NCBI GenBank assembly: GCA_044892525.1
Contig: CM097885.1
Span: 234,982,001-235,046,000 of the forward strand
Length of the DNA stretch: 64,000 nt
Direction of reading: 5' to 3'
Origin: Schmidtea polychroa
Lineage: Eukaryota
Shown: piece by piece, positions 19,816-34,217 of the stretch
Numbering within the stretch: position 1 is the first letter of the stretch
How the letters are laid out: every line of letters begins with the position of its first letter
Made by a program: the position numbers and the translations under genes
Notes under the pieces: generated by a model
The model's database searches: none
What the model was told of the DNA's origin: nothing
Seen by the model: the letters and a program-made list of their open reading frames with translations, nothing else

Positions 19816-20679
19816 AAACTTTTACTCATAATTGTTATAGGACCTCCTGAATCGTACATCATATCAAATTCAACATTTTAAACTTTCATTCTGCTCCCCG
19901 GTCTTCCATCATTTGTCTTTAATTTTTTAGTCTCGCTTTATTGATTCTTCATTTTTGTTGTATATTATTTGTATATTATTTGTTCTACATTAAACGTTAT
20001 TCAATCAATTGGCAATTTAATTCGTCTTCTTATATGTTTAGATTTTCCTCCATAAATTATTTACTTTAACTGACGCAGTCCGAATTTCTGTTCATTGGAT
20101 ATAGGGTTTATTTTGAATGTATAATTTATCACCTAATTAGGCTATTTAGTATTGAATTTGTTTTCCTAATTTTATTTATTGACCAATTAAGCTAACTTTC
20201 AGCGGGATTCTCCATGATTCATGGGCTTGTCATAAAGATCAATTAATTAATTTATTTATTTATTTTCTTTGGTTCCTGACTTTTCGAACAAAACTATTTT
20301 ATGTCATCAAAATTTAATTTTTCCCTCCGAAAAATATTGATTTTTACTTTTTTAAAATTTTAATTAATTTTTTAATTGATTTTGATAATTCATAATTTTT
20401 CAATTTTATTTCATACGTTCTGTATAACCCAAAATACTCCGAATTGAAATATATACTATATCGCACGTTTCCTCAATTTTCTACAAAATCCCCATAATTG
20501 GTATATTTTTGGCAACGAATTTATCGCTTAAAAATTTAAATTCTTTCGTATAATTTGTAGAAATTTTAAAGACAATTTCGAATATTTAACATTCTATTTA
20601 TTCAATCAATTTATTTATTTCTTAAAGAAAAAGAATTGTTTTAATTATGTATTGAAGTTTGTATTTCTTTTTACAGAAA

Positions 20680-20904
20680 ATGGAAAATATTTTTAATATC
20701 AGCTTAGAAGTGATTTCGAAACTATTTTTTGTTCTTATTGCTTTTCTGACGATAGCTATGGTAATTCATATTGTTCAAAAATGCTTCAAAAAATATAAAG
20801 TTCCTGAAACTCCTCAAATACAAGTTACACAACCGACTGCTCCACCGATATTTTTAATTTCTCGACCTCAATTTGGAATTCCACCACCATCATATACCCC
20901 GTGA
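20680..20904 (+). CDS. Small single-pass membrane protein with PTAP and PPxY motifs
   Basis: Acceptor TTTCTTTTTACAG before ATG; TM LFFVLIAFLTIAMVIHIV; PTAPP and PPPSY; AATAAA and TGTAAATAAA downstream. Confidence 0.55.
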   Translation: MENIFNISLEVISKLFFVLIAFLTIAMVIHIVQKCFKKYKVPETPQIQVTQPTAPPIFLISRPQFGIPPPSYTP

Positions 20905-22835
20905 TTGAGTATTTTAATAAATATTATTTTGTAATTGTAAATAAAATTTTCATGCAAAATACTTTTATTGTGTTTTTTAAACATAAATATATTGAACTTT
21001 ATTATTTTATTAATTTATTATATATTTATTTTGTATAAAAATTTATTCACAAATCCTGAATTTATACTATATTTGAAACAAAAATTGAATATTTTATTAA
21101 TTTAAATTCAGACGAATGAAAAAAGAATTTATTGTAAAATTTTAACATATTTTAGAATTTTATAAATAAATAAATAATATATTTTTTATTTTATCCAATT
21201 ACAAAGTATTCTTGAATTTTCAGGAAAAAACAAAATAGTAAAATATACCAAAAATATCAATAAAAAAGTGAATATAAAAGTTTTGAAATAATACAATTTT
21301 GAAGAATTGATTATTATCATTATTTTTATCGGTATATTTAAAACATTTGAGAATAATTAAATCAATTTTGCACACATTTTTTAAATTTCATTTATACAAT
21401 TTTATATGACTTTTTTAAGAATATTACATCAAAGTTTTCAGTGCTTTGAAATTAAAATACAACAAGTTGCATTGTCGAATTGTTTATGTACACTGTGTAA
21501 TATTGCAATAAATATTTGTTGACAATTAAAAATTTTAATTTAAAAATTTTTATCAGATTTTTCTTTGCTATAAAATAAATTGTAATGAAACATTTTTAAT
21601 AATTTTAATTGATATATATTGTTCAAATCTTGTTTTAGATTTTTACTGATGTCTATTTCTCATTAAATTTATAAAATTTATTTTTATAAATTTCATAAAT
21701 GAATTTTTTGAAATAACAAAATATTGAAAAACTAATAAATCTGTTCTGAATATTTCCCTTTCAAACTATTTCAAGCAGAATTCGTTTTATTTCAGTATTT
21801 AAATTTCATTTTAGACTATATTTGACATGAATATTTTATACAGATTTTTTCAGTTTTTACAAATAATTGGAAAAAAACTTCTGACAAATATGCGTTAAAT
21901 TTAATAAAAACTATTTGAAACTAGTCAATGACAAAAACTTATAAAATAATAATTCATATTTTGGTTTACCTTTGATTTTATTTTTTAAGAATTTCATTTA
22001 TCTTCATATCGACTATAGATCAATGATTTTTTGTTATTTATCACATATTCCGGATACTGTATTTTTAAGGGTCATTTCGATTTGTTTTACCAAATGTTTG
22101 CTAATAGGGGGTTTATAATTTTATTTTATTTAAGTTTCTCAAAAAAGAATAAAGGAGAACGACGAGGACTATTTCTACGAGACATGAAATTTTATTGATT
22201 TTTTTGATGAAATAAGTTATAAACCTCCTTTGCTTCCGATTATTCAGCTTACATCAATGTTTATCTAATGCATGTAAATTTTCCACACTTAATTTGAATT
22301 TTATTGGATTTTAATTATAATTGTGTTCATTTTAGCTTTGAGGTCTTGTTTCAAAAACACTTAAGAATAAATTATAAAATTTTTAATTACATATTCATTG
22401 ATTTTGTTAAGAAGATTCTTTATATCTTCTCATTCCTCAATAAATGAAAACTTTCCAGTTATTTATACTTTGTCGTCAGCATTGTTTGATGAAACGAGGA
22501 TATAGGAATATTTTAAAATTTTAACCTTTTCGTAAATTTTTAGAAAACTAACATTTTTCATAACATTACATTGTAACATTTTTATAAATTTTAAATTAAT
22601 AAAATTTTCATAGGATATATAAAATATTTCATAATTTTTAATAAATGATTAGATACAGTTTGATTGAGTAAGTTGTTTGACTGAATGAGTTGAATTTTTA
22701 ATCTTGCTAAGTTTAGGAATGTATTTTAAAAAGATCTTCCTGCTTATTTTATTTTGAAGAACAATTGTTTTTAAGATATATATCTTCGAAAGTGTTTAAA
22801 TATTAATTCTATTACTCGAAATACCACGAAAGATG

Positions 22836-23356
22836 GGCGACGCTCTAGTGTATGTCGCCCAAAATTTTAAATTATTTTAACTCAATAACTCAATAAATAA
22901 ATTGATATGTATACACTTTTAACATACCCACCATGAAGTATACCCCCCCCCATATAGTCAGAGTTTATCCGACAAGTTATTCTGTCCACCTATGGGTACG
23001 GCTCACAACGGTAATAGATATGAGCAGTACCCTTGCGACCATCACCCTTGTGAACCGTACCCATAGGTGGACAGAATAACTTGTCGGATAAACTCTGACT
23101 ATATGGGGGGGGTATACTTCAGTTTACCCAAAATGTATAGTTAATATAATTTTTAAATATAATATTTTTTTGAAAATCGGGTGACCCATATCAGAGCGTC
23201 GCCATATTTTGATTATATTCTGGCGCTTGGTTGCTTCGAAGTATAGTTTCGATGAATAAATTTTTAATAAACGTATTTACTTATATTTCATTTAAATATA
23301 TTAATTTAATTTTAAATTAATTTAAAATTTTGGGCGACATACACTAGAGCGTCGCC
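22836..23356. repeat. Nested foldback: outer ~35-bp inverted repeat enclosing an ~80-bp-arm palindrome (22934-23121)
   Basis: Outer GGCGACGCTCTAGTGTATGTCGCCCAAAATTTT and its reverse complement; inner TGAAGTATACCCCC..GGTACGG and CCGTACC..GGGGTATACTTCA. Confidence 0.85.
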
Positions 23357-23496
23357 AATTTAAATATTTTAATGTTTCAGTGGTTGACGCAAATACTTAA
23401 AATTTGTTATTAATTTTTTCAAAAATCCTGAGAATTTATTTTTCCATCACTACTTTTAAATCATTTCTCTGACAATTAGCTTTTTGATATATTCAG

Positions 23497-26400
23497 TAGG
23501 GTGGGTCGAATGTTAATAAATTTTGAGTTCAAGAAAGGAAACATGGTTAAAAAGTTGTATTTTGGTATAGAAAAATCGAATCAAACCATTTTACTTAGAT
23601 TTATGGACATTTACTGCTCCCAACTTTTCTCCGAAAATGCAGTTCAACATAAGTGTGAAAACAATGTAATTTGGCTAGTGTCGGAATGTGTTTTGCGCCT
23701 TTGTCCATATTTAGATGTAGCTTTCTTAAGAGCTTATAAGTATATTATTTACTCTCTTGGGCTGAGATAGTATATTCTGTGTCCTCATCCCGCATTGAAA
23801 TATATCCTGACAACGTCAGTGATTAGGAAGGGCCAAATTTGAATTATCCTTTTCAAAGACAAAAATCAACTTTCGAAATTATTTTTTATTAAAAACATCC
23901 AGCCAAAAGTTTAGAAATGTATTAGCGAGGGCATAAAAAGAAGTCACATGAAATCAGCTTTGCTTTGCACCTTGGGCAATTCCTTCCTTGATTTTTTACA
24001 CAGTAGTACCATACCATGTCTGGACTTGTGACCAAACACTTTGCAACTGGCAGAAGAAACATCTTTGATGGCTCTTTCAACGGCTTGAGAATGACAGGGA
24101 AATTGTTCTAATGTAATTTTCTTATTCATCTTCAATTCATGATCCAATATATGAGATAAAAGAGGGGGAGGCGTCAAATTACATTTTGTCCAGTCAATCA
24201 TGTCAACATATGATGTAGCAGACGACTGAAGAAAGACAGTATTCTTGTCCATAGTGCGAATCACTTCGGAAGGGAGAAAATTTTGTCTTGCAGTTATGAT
24301 TTTTTCTGTTGCAAACTTTCTGATTTCTTCATCATCATCACCAACAGCAGCTAGGAGTATATTTTCTGGATGTGAGAAGTAATTGTTGTTCTGAATGACA
24401 GGAAAGATGATTTCTTGGTCTGATGGATCCAAATCCTGCAGAAGTTGGAGCATATAAAAAATATTTCTTGCACCATCTTGGCATGACGAGTGAGTCTTTA
24501 TATAAAACCATGACGGTCCATAGAAATTGACAATAAATTTCACTATTCGCATGAGAGGTTCAGATGGAGCAGTTTCGGACATATATAGTCACAGAATTCT
24601 ATTAGCTTTCGTTAGCCAGCGACTGTGATTCAAATTTCCTGGTTGTGCCATTTGTAGAAAAGGGACATCCTTGTTGTTGTGGTACCCTTTCTGGACTGCC
24701 AAGCATACTCTGAGGAAATACAATTGATCAGTGTTCAATTCTTTCTTGACATTTTCACTAATATCCACGACCTTTCCAGGAAGGGACATAAAGGCTACTA
24801 CGGGCTTGTCTTTTGGATCAAAATCAAGAACGCTTCCTATTTCACCACATGACGTTTTTGGACCTTTTGTTTCTCCACCATCGACGACTGAAAAATACTT
24901 CCTGAATGGCAATTCATTTGCATGCAACAAGCATATCAGCCATTGTAGAGGTCGCCCTAGGCTTTTTTCGAGTCTTCTGATTATTCCATTATTTTTTCCG
25001 GTGTTTGTATTGGTTCCATCGCACACAATTGCTTGAAGGGTCAGTGAGGACTGCGTGCTAACGATGATTGACATGATTTCTTTGCCAATATCCACAGCTT
25101 TACTACTTTGAGGTACAACATGATCGATATATGTATCCCCTGGAAAGGCGACAATCACATAATGCTCCTCTTTTAGGATCCTTCTATGAAGTAAGGTGGA
25201 ATCTTGTTTCCCGTCGAAACCGAGGCAAATCAAGTTTTTCGCTTCTGCTGAATGCTGTTCAATTTCTCTCTCCCTCCAGTACTTTCTCTGACGCCGTAAT
25301 TTTGCGGGATCGATGATTGTTTGAGAGGATAACAGTTCCATATCTTTCAGAAAAGCGTTTACTAGAAAACACGTGTCTCTGTTGCTCACACCACATCTGT
25401 CAACAGCTTTACTTAATTCAGGATAATGTCTTCTATTTTGAAATTCATCACATTCTTCTACGCTTGACTCTGAGCTTTCTGTTGAATTGTCTAACTTATC
25501 TTTACTTTCATCACTAGCGGCTTCACTCTCCGTGTCACTTCTTGAGGTCGGATGTAGATCGTTAACTTCAGTGTCCATTATTTCATTTTTCATTTGTTTT
25601 CCTTTTCCTGTAGGGCTGCTTTTCGTTTGTTTTCTCTTCAATTTTGAGGTTTCCTGTCTGTCCGTATTTCCGATTTTCATGTTTCTGGTAGTTTGTTGGT
25701 CAATCCAGAACTCCCACTCTAAGGTAGGGATTTTCAAGGCCAATCGGCATGTACACTGACTTCTTCCACGAGCACCATCATTAAAACATTTGCAGCAACA
25801 TATGTCAAACAATTTGGAAAACGAGCTTAACTTATCTTGAAATTTGGCAGATGACCTCTTGCATTCTGGATACTTCTCTAATTCACGCACTTTTGATATT
25901 AGTCGCTTGACACGAACCACAATACTACTGAACTCAACAGTTGGGATACTTGCCTTCATATAAATTTCCTTCACCTTATTTGCGAGAAGAGTTGCTTGTT
26001 CGTTAAAGCCAGTATGAAATTGCGTACATTTCTCATTGTAACAGTAATCACGAAACACATCTTCACAAGTAGGTAATTGGTTTCTGGGTAGTTCACAAGT
26101 TTGACCAAACAGACAATGACGTGATTTACTTCTTGTTTTGCGAAATTGCTTATTTCTCTGTCCCTTCATAACTGCTCTTCTGTACTCAGCTCTGGCAAAA
26201 TAAAAGTGAATCATCAAGTTAACTTTTTTAATTAGGTCCAGCAAACACTTGACATCCAATCGAAACAAATTAAATTATCTGAGTTTAGACTGACTAGTAG
26301 TATCCATGTGGATTATGTGTTGACTGTAGTGTGTGTGTTAGTATTGTTCAGAAGAAATTGTCTTTGTGAGTGCTTGTGTGAAGGTGCTTCCGTGAATTAA

Positions 26401-26668
26401 CCTCTCTATACATGCACGCGTTAGCTTGGACTTGTGAATAGAGCATGTCAAAAATGGTCTTTCTGCAAGCGTGTGACTGCTTGCAGGATGAATTTACAAT
26501 GGCACGTGTGCGAGCATTTTTACTGGGATAGTACTAATACATACAAACAAAAGTTGGGACCTGTAAACCCTTTTAAACAGCAGTCTTTTGCAGGGATATT
26601 TCATTTTCTAGCATAAGCACAACTTTTTAGGCATGTTTGGAGAAAAAAAAAATTTTCGACCCACCCTA
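23497..26668 (-). mobile_element. hAT-superfamily DNA transposon (hATm-like), full length
   Basis: TIR TAGGGTGGGTCGAA / TTCGACCCACCCTA; 8-bp TSD ATATTCAG on both sides. Confidence 0.92.
23944..26169 (-). pseudogene. hATm-like transposase with one in-frame stop (24589-24591)
   Basis: GFDGKQD, CDGTNTNTG, WLICLLHANELPFR, PCHSQAVER. The two ORFs are in frame across a TGA (RIL*LYMS, likely CGA>TGA). Confidence 0.85.
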
Positions 26669-26795
26669 ATATTCAGCCTTGTAATATGTTTTCATAAAGG
26701 ATTTGATACCAATAACTTTGAATGAAAAGTTTTAAGTAGACAAAAATAATAGGAATTTCATTTCGATGAGTTCGATAATTTTTTGATTTATAATA

Positions 26796-26848
<53 letters not shown>

Positions 26849-26964
26849 GGTTATTATTATTTCGATAATTTAATATTTCAGTAAAATTAGTTCATGTGAA
26901 AATTATATAACAATAGGAATAATGAGAAACAGTAAATAATATATTCTAAACAATCTGCCAAATT

Positions 26965-27492
26965 TCATTTTCCTAAAGTCCAAGTATACCAAAAATATTG
27001 AGATTTTTTCCGATCTGACATCCAAACATTCTTTATAACATCAAGATTTCCTTCATATATTTTTGTAACAAGTTTACTGTTTGCCTCACAAATTAATTTG
27101 AAGTGACCTTCCTAAAATATTTCATTTAGCTTTACATTTAATTTTACCAATTTATTACTTACCAAGCTTGCATCATCTGATTGACATAGACAGAATTGGC
27201 CATTTTCCCCAACCCAAATGAAACATCTGGGATCATTCAAGCTTTTAATGTCAGATTTATCACTAGTCAAACTAAGTCCTCGGTTGAATCTAGATTTACA
27301 GAAATACATTTGAGAGGCCAAATGCTTTATTTTGCAATTCATCCAATTTGGGCTTTGTTTATTGTAAAAATACGTAATGAAAACATTTGAAGAATCATGA
27401 ATCGGGTCATATTTCCCTATTTCAACAGACTTATTAGAATTGACAAAAATGTAATCTTTCGTTTGACAATTGAATAATTTATTTGTGCTCAT
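26965..27492 (-). CDS. Copy 1 of spliced 158-aa possible beta-trefoil protein (intron 27112-27162)
   Basis: Near-identical to 40804..41331; GTAAGT...TTTTAG 51-nt intron. Confidence 0.6.
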
Positions 27493-27693
27493 TGAAACAA
27501 CTGAAATAATTTTATTAACTGAAATTACCATCAATCAGATTAGCTTATATAGAGCATAAGTGGAATTATTTACTACCGAAAATAAATATTTATATGATTA
27601 ATATGAAGTAATTATAATTAAATTTCTAATTTAATAACAATAATCTAAATTTGTTAACTAATTACAAAGCTGTCTCAATAATTATGATAAAAT

Positions 27694-28699
27694 TGTTGGG
27701 TTATTGAGTTGGTGATAAGTTTGAATGTTACTCTGACTCCAAGTGTGTCTTTGACTGATGCTTAAATAACACTTGACAACAGAAATCTTTATTGATAATC
27801 ACAAATAAACTTTCTCTTTACACCGACAATCAATTCAACACTCTGCTTGGTGACAATACAATGCTTATTACAACACTTGGTGAGGAATAGCACTTGCGTA
27901 TAACACCGGATTAAAAGATGACAAATTACTGATTGGTTTATCAACTGGGACTTTGAGCTGGTTGTTTTCTTTGACCTTCTTCACAAATTTATTCAAATAC
28001 TCAAATAACTTCTTTTCGTTTAATTTTTCAACTAATTCTTTTATTCAAATCTTCTCCAACAATTATTCTTCACAATTATTTTCTTTACAAATCTTTTTCA
28101 CAATCGTTTCTCCAACAACGTTCCTTCCGACGTTGTCTAATTTTTCCCCAATAATTTTATCTCTCAAATCGTCTCTCAAATCGTCTTCCAAAATTATCTC
28201 CCAAATTGTTTCTTAAATTGTCTCTCAAATTTTCTCAATTTTTGTTCCCACTTTTCCAAATTTTGTTCTAATTTCGTGTCCACTAGTTTTCCTATATATA
28301 GTTATTTTATTAGTTGCACTGGTGACAGATTCTGTTTACCATTTTCCTTTTCCTCCAAGAGCCTTATCTCTGACAGATATCAAGATATTTTTCCATTTTC
28401 CTTTTTTGTTAAGCCGCCATCTCCCGGCAATTCAATTCAATTAAAATACGGCTTTTTCCCTTATTTTGTTTTTCTGGAATTTTAAATTCCACCTTCATTT
28501 GTATTTCTTAATTAACAATGACCTTTGTTTTAATTTCTTATTTGTTTCCTTTTATTTGATTTATCTTTCTCATTTTTTATTTCTTTTTACTTCCGTTTAC
28601 TTTTCTGAGTTCCCATAGATCGTCCCGTTTGTCATGACGATCTTCCACCAGGTAATTTATTTATTTATTATGTTATTTTTCATTTAGGTATCCTCAACA
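27694..28699. mobile_element. Solo LTR (~1 kb)
   Basis: TGTTG...CAACA termini; 4-bp TSD AAAT; the empty site TGATAAAATACTTC is present in the paralogous unit at ~59671. Confidence 0.88.
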
Positions 28700-29489
28700 A
28701 AATACTTCAATTATATTTATACATTTATTATTCAACCAATAGTTTATAATTAATATTATTTTGGTGGAATTTTATTTTGGCAATGAAATTATTCCTTTCA
28801 AATCATTGAGATTTTGTTTTAATTTGTCAATTATTTGTTTTTATTATCAAATTTATAATAATTAATTGAAGAGTACGATAAATCACTAAACACAATTACC
28901 CTATAATTATCGACCTATTCATTAAAACTTAAGTAAAAATATATCTGTCCCAAGCAGAAAAACGTCGTCGCTTTGTTGAACAATACCTAAAAGAATTTTA
29001 AGAAAAACACAAAAAAATGAAAACCTGGCCTGGATTACCAATTTGGAGGCCCGGTACTAATTTTCTTAAGTAGACCCTTTTATTCAAATTTTTAGATATT
29101 GTTTTAGAAGATGGGCGAACATTAAAGATCTTAAGACTGAAATACTACATGAAAGGGAAAGATACATATAGGGTAAACATATACATACAGAATAAGGAGT
29201 GATTCGAGATCTTGATGATGATTCGAGAACAGTATATAATTTATTAACAATTTGATGTGATCCATTAACTTATTTATTTGCGATACATAAATCGTAATTA
29301 TATTGATTTATTGGTTCGTGGTGAGATTATAATAAAGTAAACCACCACATGCATGAACTTTATATTTCATAAATTTATCGTACTTATTGATAATAAATAA
29401 ATAGTGAAAATGATTATATTTATTTAGGTATTGTTATTATTATTATTATAAATCAATAATACCAAAACACATTGAAAAATCACAATTAA

Positions 29490-29743
29490 CCCTTTCAACA
29501 CTGAATTTTATTTCTTCAGAAAATGATTAATTTTTTATAATATAATTATTTGTTACTGACATCATTAGAACTTTGTAGAAGACTTTCTTCTACCATTTAG
29601 CTGACCTTCTATTCAGATCGTAAACGGCCACAAGTTGGTCACAGAGGTATACACCGCCCATTTTTTAATTATAAAAAAGATGACTTAGAAATAATTTTTC
29701 AAAAATATTTGGGATATAAAATATCCCAGGAGTGTTGTAAGGG
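29490..29743. mobile_element. piggyBac-type MITE
   Basis: TTAA TSDs; TIR CCCTT(T/A)CAACACT. Confidence 0.8.
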
Positions 29744-30863
29744 TTAAACAACAGTTTTGTCAAAAATATTTCTGATGAAATAAATCGATCTCTGTTGCCT
29801 TGGGATATCGAAGGATGTTACTTCTTCAGTGAAGCGTCTTGTTATTAATATTATCATTAATATTAGTATTGTTATTTATCGGTGTGCATGTTATTATTTT
29901 TTTCTTGATTTGCACTATGTTTATTCAGTGCACTTAGTGCATTAGTTTGTTTATGTGAACAATTTAAATTTTTGTGATTCAATGAATCAATAAAAATTGT
30001 TGTATCTAAATTAAGATTTAATATTTTACCAATATTTTATTTTCAATATCTTTTTTTATATAGAATTTTGAAATAGAGACCGTAACGATTATGACACTAT
30101 TCCGTTCCCATTCGAAGCCAGACTGGCATCGACAGACCACAGAGCTGCATCATTTTCAGGGACTGTGATCTGAGCTTTGTTGTAGTCCCGGCTAAAACTT
30201 CTGATAGTTCTGGTATCAATTCATTACTCCCAGATAAATCTAACTAGTTCCAGGTGGTAGTACGAGTACTTTTGTCGCAAACTTTTCAATAGCACCACTT
30301 TGTTCTATCGCAGCATTTTCAAAATGACTTTTTTTAAAATGCTTCTGAGCACCAGATTCAAATTTTTTACTCATTTTGATTTTTGAAACTTTTACTATAT
30401 TTTTTCAATCTATAAAAATTTAATTAAGTAAAACTGTAAAACGATATAATTTTTATTTCAAATACTGATAATTTATCAAAATTATTAAAATTTAGAAAAT
30501 TTTCTATTCTAATTTGTAATCTCTTCTTAGCATAGATTATATAGATAAACTGGTAGATCATGCACATACATTCTGCAGTTTAATAATACTGTTTCTAATG
30601 CAAATACTTTTACGAACTATTATAAGCTTACTGAGGAGGCTAGATATTACATGTTCATATCACAGTATTCCAATCCATCTTAAGCCAGTGAACTAGTTTA
30701 GTATTAGTAATACATGAAATTGAATACTCTGTGTCTGGCAGCTCTAGTAGGGTGTTATATTTACAAATTTGGTGTCATTCCAACAACAAGAGTCATAACT
30801 TTCTATTGATGCTTACACACATGCAGTCTACATTTGATAATTTAATAGTACACTATTTTGTTT

Positions 30864-31905
30864 TGTTGGGTTTTTGGTTAATTTAAGTCGGTTACCTCTG
30901 ACTCCTCGTGTCCTTTAAATCAAAGCAATAAACAACCCAACGTATGTTTAAATAACAAAATTCACAATCTTTTCTCAACACTACACTCAATAATCAAAGT
31001 TACGTTTGACCGATTCTCCGCTCGGTGTTGATGCTTTGATAAAGATAATATTCACCTTTTATTCCAATAGGTTCTCTTGACCAACGTTTTCCTTTTGTTT
31101 CTTTGATTTGATCCCTTGTCACTCTTTTTATTCTTATTCTATCTCTTCTTTTTCCCTAATCTCCTAAATTCGTCTTTGCCTTTTCCTAAGCTCGAGTTCT
31201 TCTTACCCTATCTGAGGCAAAATGCCGATTTGCTCTGATTTTCCCATTCTTTATATACTCTTCGAAATCAGGATGACAAATGGTTATTGCCGAGCTAATC
31301 TTTCACTTGACATTTGCTTCCACGTATCTGCTTCGGCTGTCACCCATAATGGTCCAACGAACAAAGATAATTAATGGCCCGTCCGGCCTTTCTACACGCA
31401 CTATCTTCTCCTTGCTCTTTTCCACTTAATCATTGTGTCAAGCTAATGGACCCAAATCTTCCTTCTGTTTACATTTCTTCTTCTTTACCCAGCTCGGGTT
31501 TCCTTCATCTCTTGGGTTCTCCATTAGCTCGGGTTTCCCATTAGCTCGGGTTTTCTATTAGCCAATTAATTAATTAATTAATGTTTTCTGTTTTTACACA
31601 TTTGAATGCTTTTCGACCCTTCCTAACCATTTTCTAATAAATCCCTAATCATCATCTTGTTGACCATTAGCTAATCTATACCTGTCCCGTTTTCCCAATT
31701 CGATTTCGATGATTTTACAATTTATTGATTTTTCTCGGATTTCCGGACTCTTGCCTTTCACAATTGCTTTTGCCATTTCCCAATACTGCTTCCATCGTAC
31801 TTTTCTTTACTATCAATTCTATGCATGATCACGCTTTTAATTGTCTTTTCTTCATTTACTAACCTAAATTTCATTTAAATTTATTTTTATTAACAGACTT
31901 CAACA
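30864..31905. mobile_element. Solo LTR (~1 kb), diverged relative of 27694..28699
   Basis: TGTTGGG...TCAACA termini; TSD GTTT; shared GTTAC(C)TCTGACTCC near one end. Confidence 0.8.
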
Positions 31906-33806
31906 GTTTCTCAGAACTAAATATAATTTTAAGATTTGGAGATAACTTTGAAAATGAAAAATTACACCTAATTCTCTAATATTTTTTTCTAAATGTGGAC
32001 CCCTTCATTTACTCATTTTAGGAGTAGGCCCCAAACTAAAGTACCATTAGTACTGTGAAACAGATTTGCTATAATAATTAAGTAGTTTTGATTAATTGCC
32101 AGGAAAAATAGAGATCTTCCTGCCAAAGACATCATAAGGACGTATAAATGTTTATTTAAAAAACCAAGATAAATTTTACTACCAACAGTTGAATAATTAC
32201 TTAAACACGTGTTTAAAATTCCTTCCAAAGATTTGGATCACAGAAAATGTTTGATGTTGCAAATAGAGTCAAAATTAAAATCATAGTTGGCAAATATTGC
32301 AATCCCGATACCATGTGTTAATAATTGAAGTTTAATTGCCTAAAAATATATTAAAATACAAATTGATTGCCTTAACTGGTATTATTCAAACAACCGATTT
32401 AAATGGCGAATTAATTAATTAATTTAATAATAATGATAATTATGCGTGCCAGCATCTATACTTATTATACTTTTACTGTATAATAGTATTTGATACTTAT
32501 AATACAATATATGTTTTATCTATAAATTAGTTATTTAAATATCATTAACACCATATGTTTGGTATCTAATGAAAATTTGATTTTACATGTTGAAAATTAA
32601 CAAAAGTATTTAGGATTGATTTTGTGTAGCTTAAAGAAAGTTTCGCTCAAAAGATGTTGATTTATATAGATTAAAAAATCCAAGTAAATTGATTTATTAA
32701 TTAAAAAAATTAAACATTTCAAATTTAAAAGTTTAGCAAAAATTCATGGTTTTTTTTGATTTTTTTAAGTATCATATATATAAATGTATTGATTTAATTA
32801 ATTTAATTAAATAAAATGAAGAATTTTATCAAGTGGAAATCGCTTGAATGGTTTTTAAATTATTTTTGAATTGTGTTAATTTAATTAATTTTTAAATAAA
32901 TTGTAAACAATTGATATAATTAATAATATCGGAATTTGTACTGTCGAGTCAGCGGTATAAATTTTGAAATGACAATATTAATTAATTGAGGGGATTTTAC
33001 GAAATTAATTCTTTAAATCAGCGTGATTGAATAATTTATTTTTCATTTTAATTTACTCTAATTATAAATACAAACACATCCTTCTGCACCTGATTTCATA
33101 GCCAATTTTTGTGAATGATATCTAGACTATAGATTCTCAATATGAACCATATGCTCTTCCAGAGGGTTGCAAAATAACTTTTAAAAATGTTGGGCTACGG
33201 AAACTGCAAAGAAGTCATATTTCAAAAATAATAAGCCTGCCATCGGTATAACTATAAATGATAGCTGCGCTGAGCAGCGTTTAAAATCAAGTGAGCAACA
33301 AAATTACTATAATGTGATTTTAAGAATTTAAAAACAATCAATTACAAGTATACACTGATATTCTGCAATTTTTTGCGTACTAATGAAATATAAAGAATTC
33401 AAATTTTATAATAATGATTGCAATATTTTAATTTGATAAAAAAGGGATTGAAAAGATAGAATAATAAAAAACTATAGCACATTCAGAAAAATGAATTTGG
33501 ATTGATGTCTAACTTCTACCTTTTGATTTTCTTATCCTTCCAAAATTTATAAACTGAATCAAGATTAACATTTTGTTCACTTGTGAGATAAAATTATATC
33601 CACATCACCATCTCCAGGTGATCAACTTCCAGTCCGTTACACAATTTAGTTTTAATGTTGTTCATTAAACTGAATCTACATTTGGCGTCTGCACTAGAGG
33701 CTTGAAAAGTGCCACAAATGTCAACTAATGTCACCAAAGTCGCAAGTTTCTCTTCCGACAAAACATAGGTAACAACGTCTGAAAAGGTTTTCAGTGTTGC
33801 TGTGAA

Positions 33807-34217
33807 GTGTTCATGAAAGCTGTAGAAATGTTAGCTAAATTTGATCAGATAATAACAGAGCATGTAAGAAACGTACAAACATCAATACAAAAAAGTCATA
33901 TGGCACATTATTTGGGAATCCATTTTCAAAACCAAATCAATGAATTATTAGCAGCAGCTGTAACAAAGAAATTTACAACCAGTATAAACAATATAAAATA
34001 TTTTTCTATTATACTTGATTGCACAGTCGAAGAATATTTTCTTGGTTTTTCTCCAATAGTTGATACGACTGGTGAAGGTTTATTTAACTTCCTTACTAAC
34101 AAATTGTTGCCTAAATATAGCTTGGATGTACAAAATGTTTGTGGTCAAGGCCATAATAATGAATCCAACATGAGAGGTAAGCATATAGGACTTCAAAAAC
34201 GAATCAAATGTTTACAA
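33807..34217 (+). pseudogene. hAT (ZMYM1-like) transposase fragment
   Basis: YFSIILDCT, DTTGEGL, GQGHNNESNMRGKHIGLQ. Confidence 0.75.

Noticed and set aside
23501..26616. Small plus-strand ORFs within the hATm element
   Set aside because: Overlap the TIR or lie antisense to the transposase; no motifs.
27953..28485. ORFs 27953..28216 and 28276..28485
   Set aside because: Low-complexity T/C-rich sequence inside a solo LTR.
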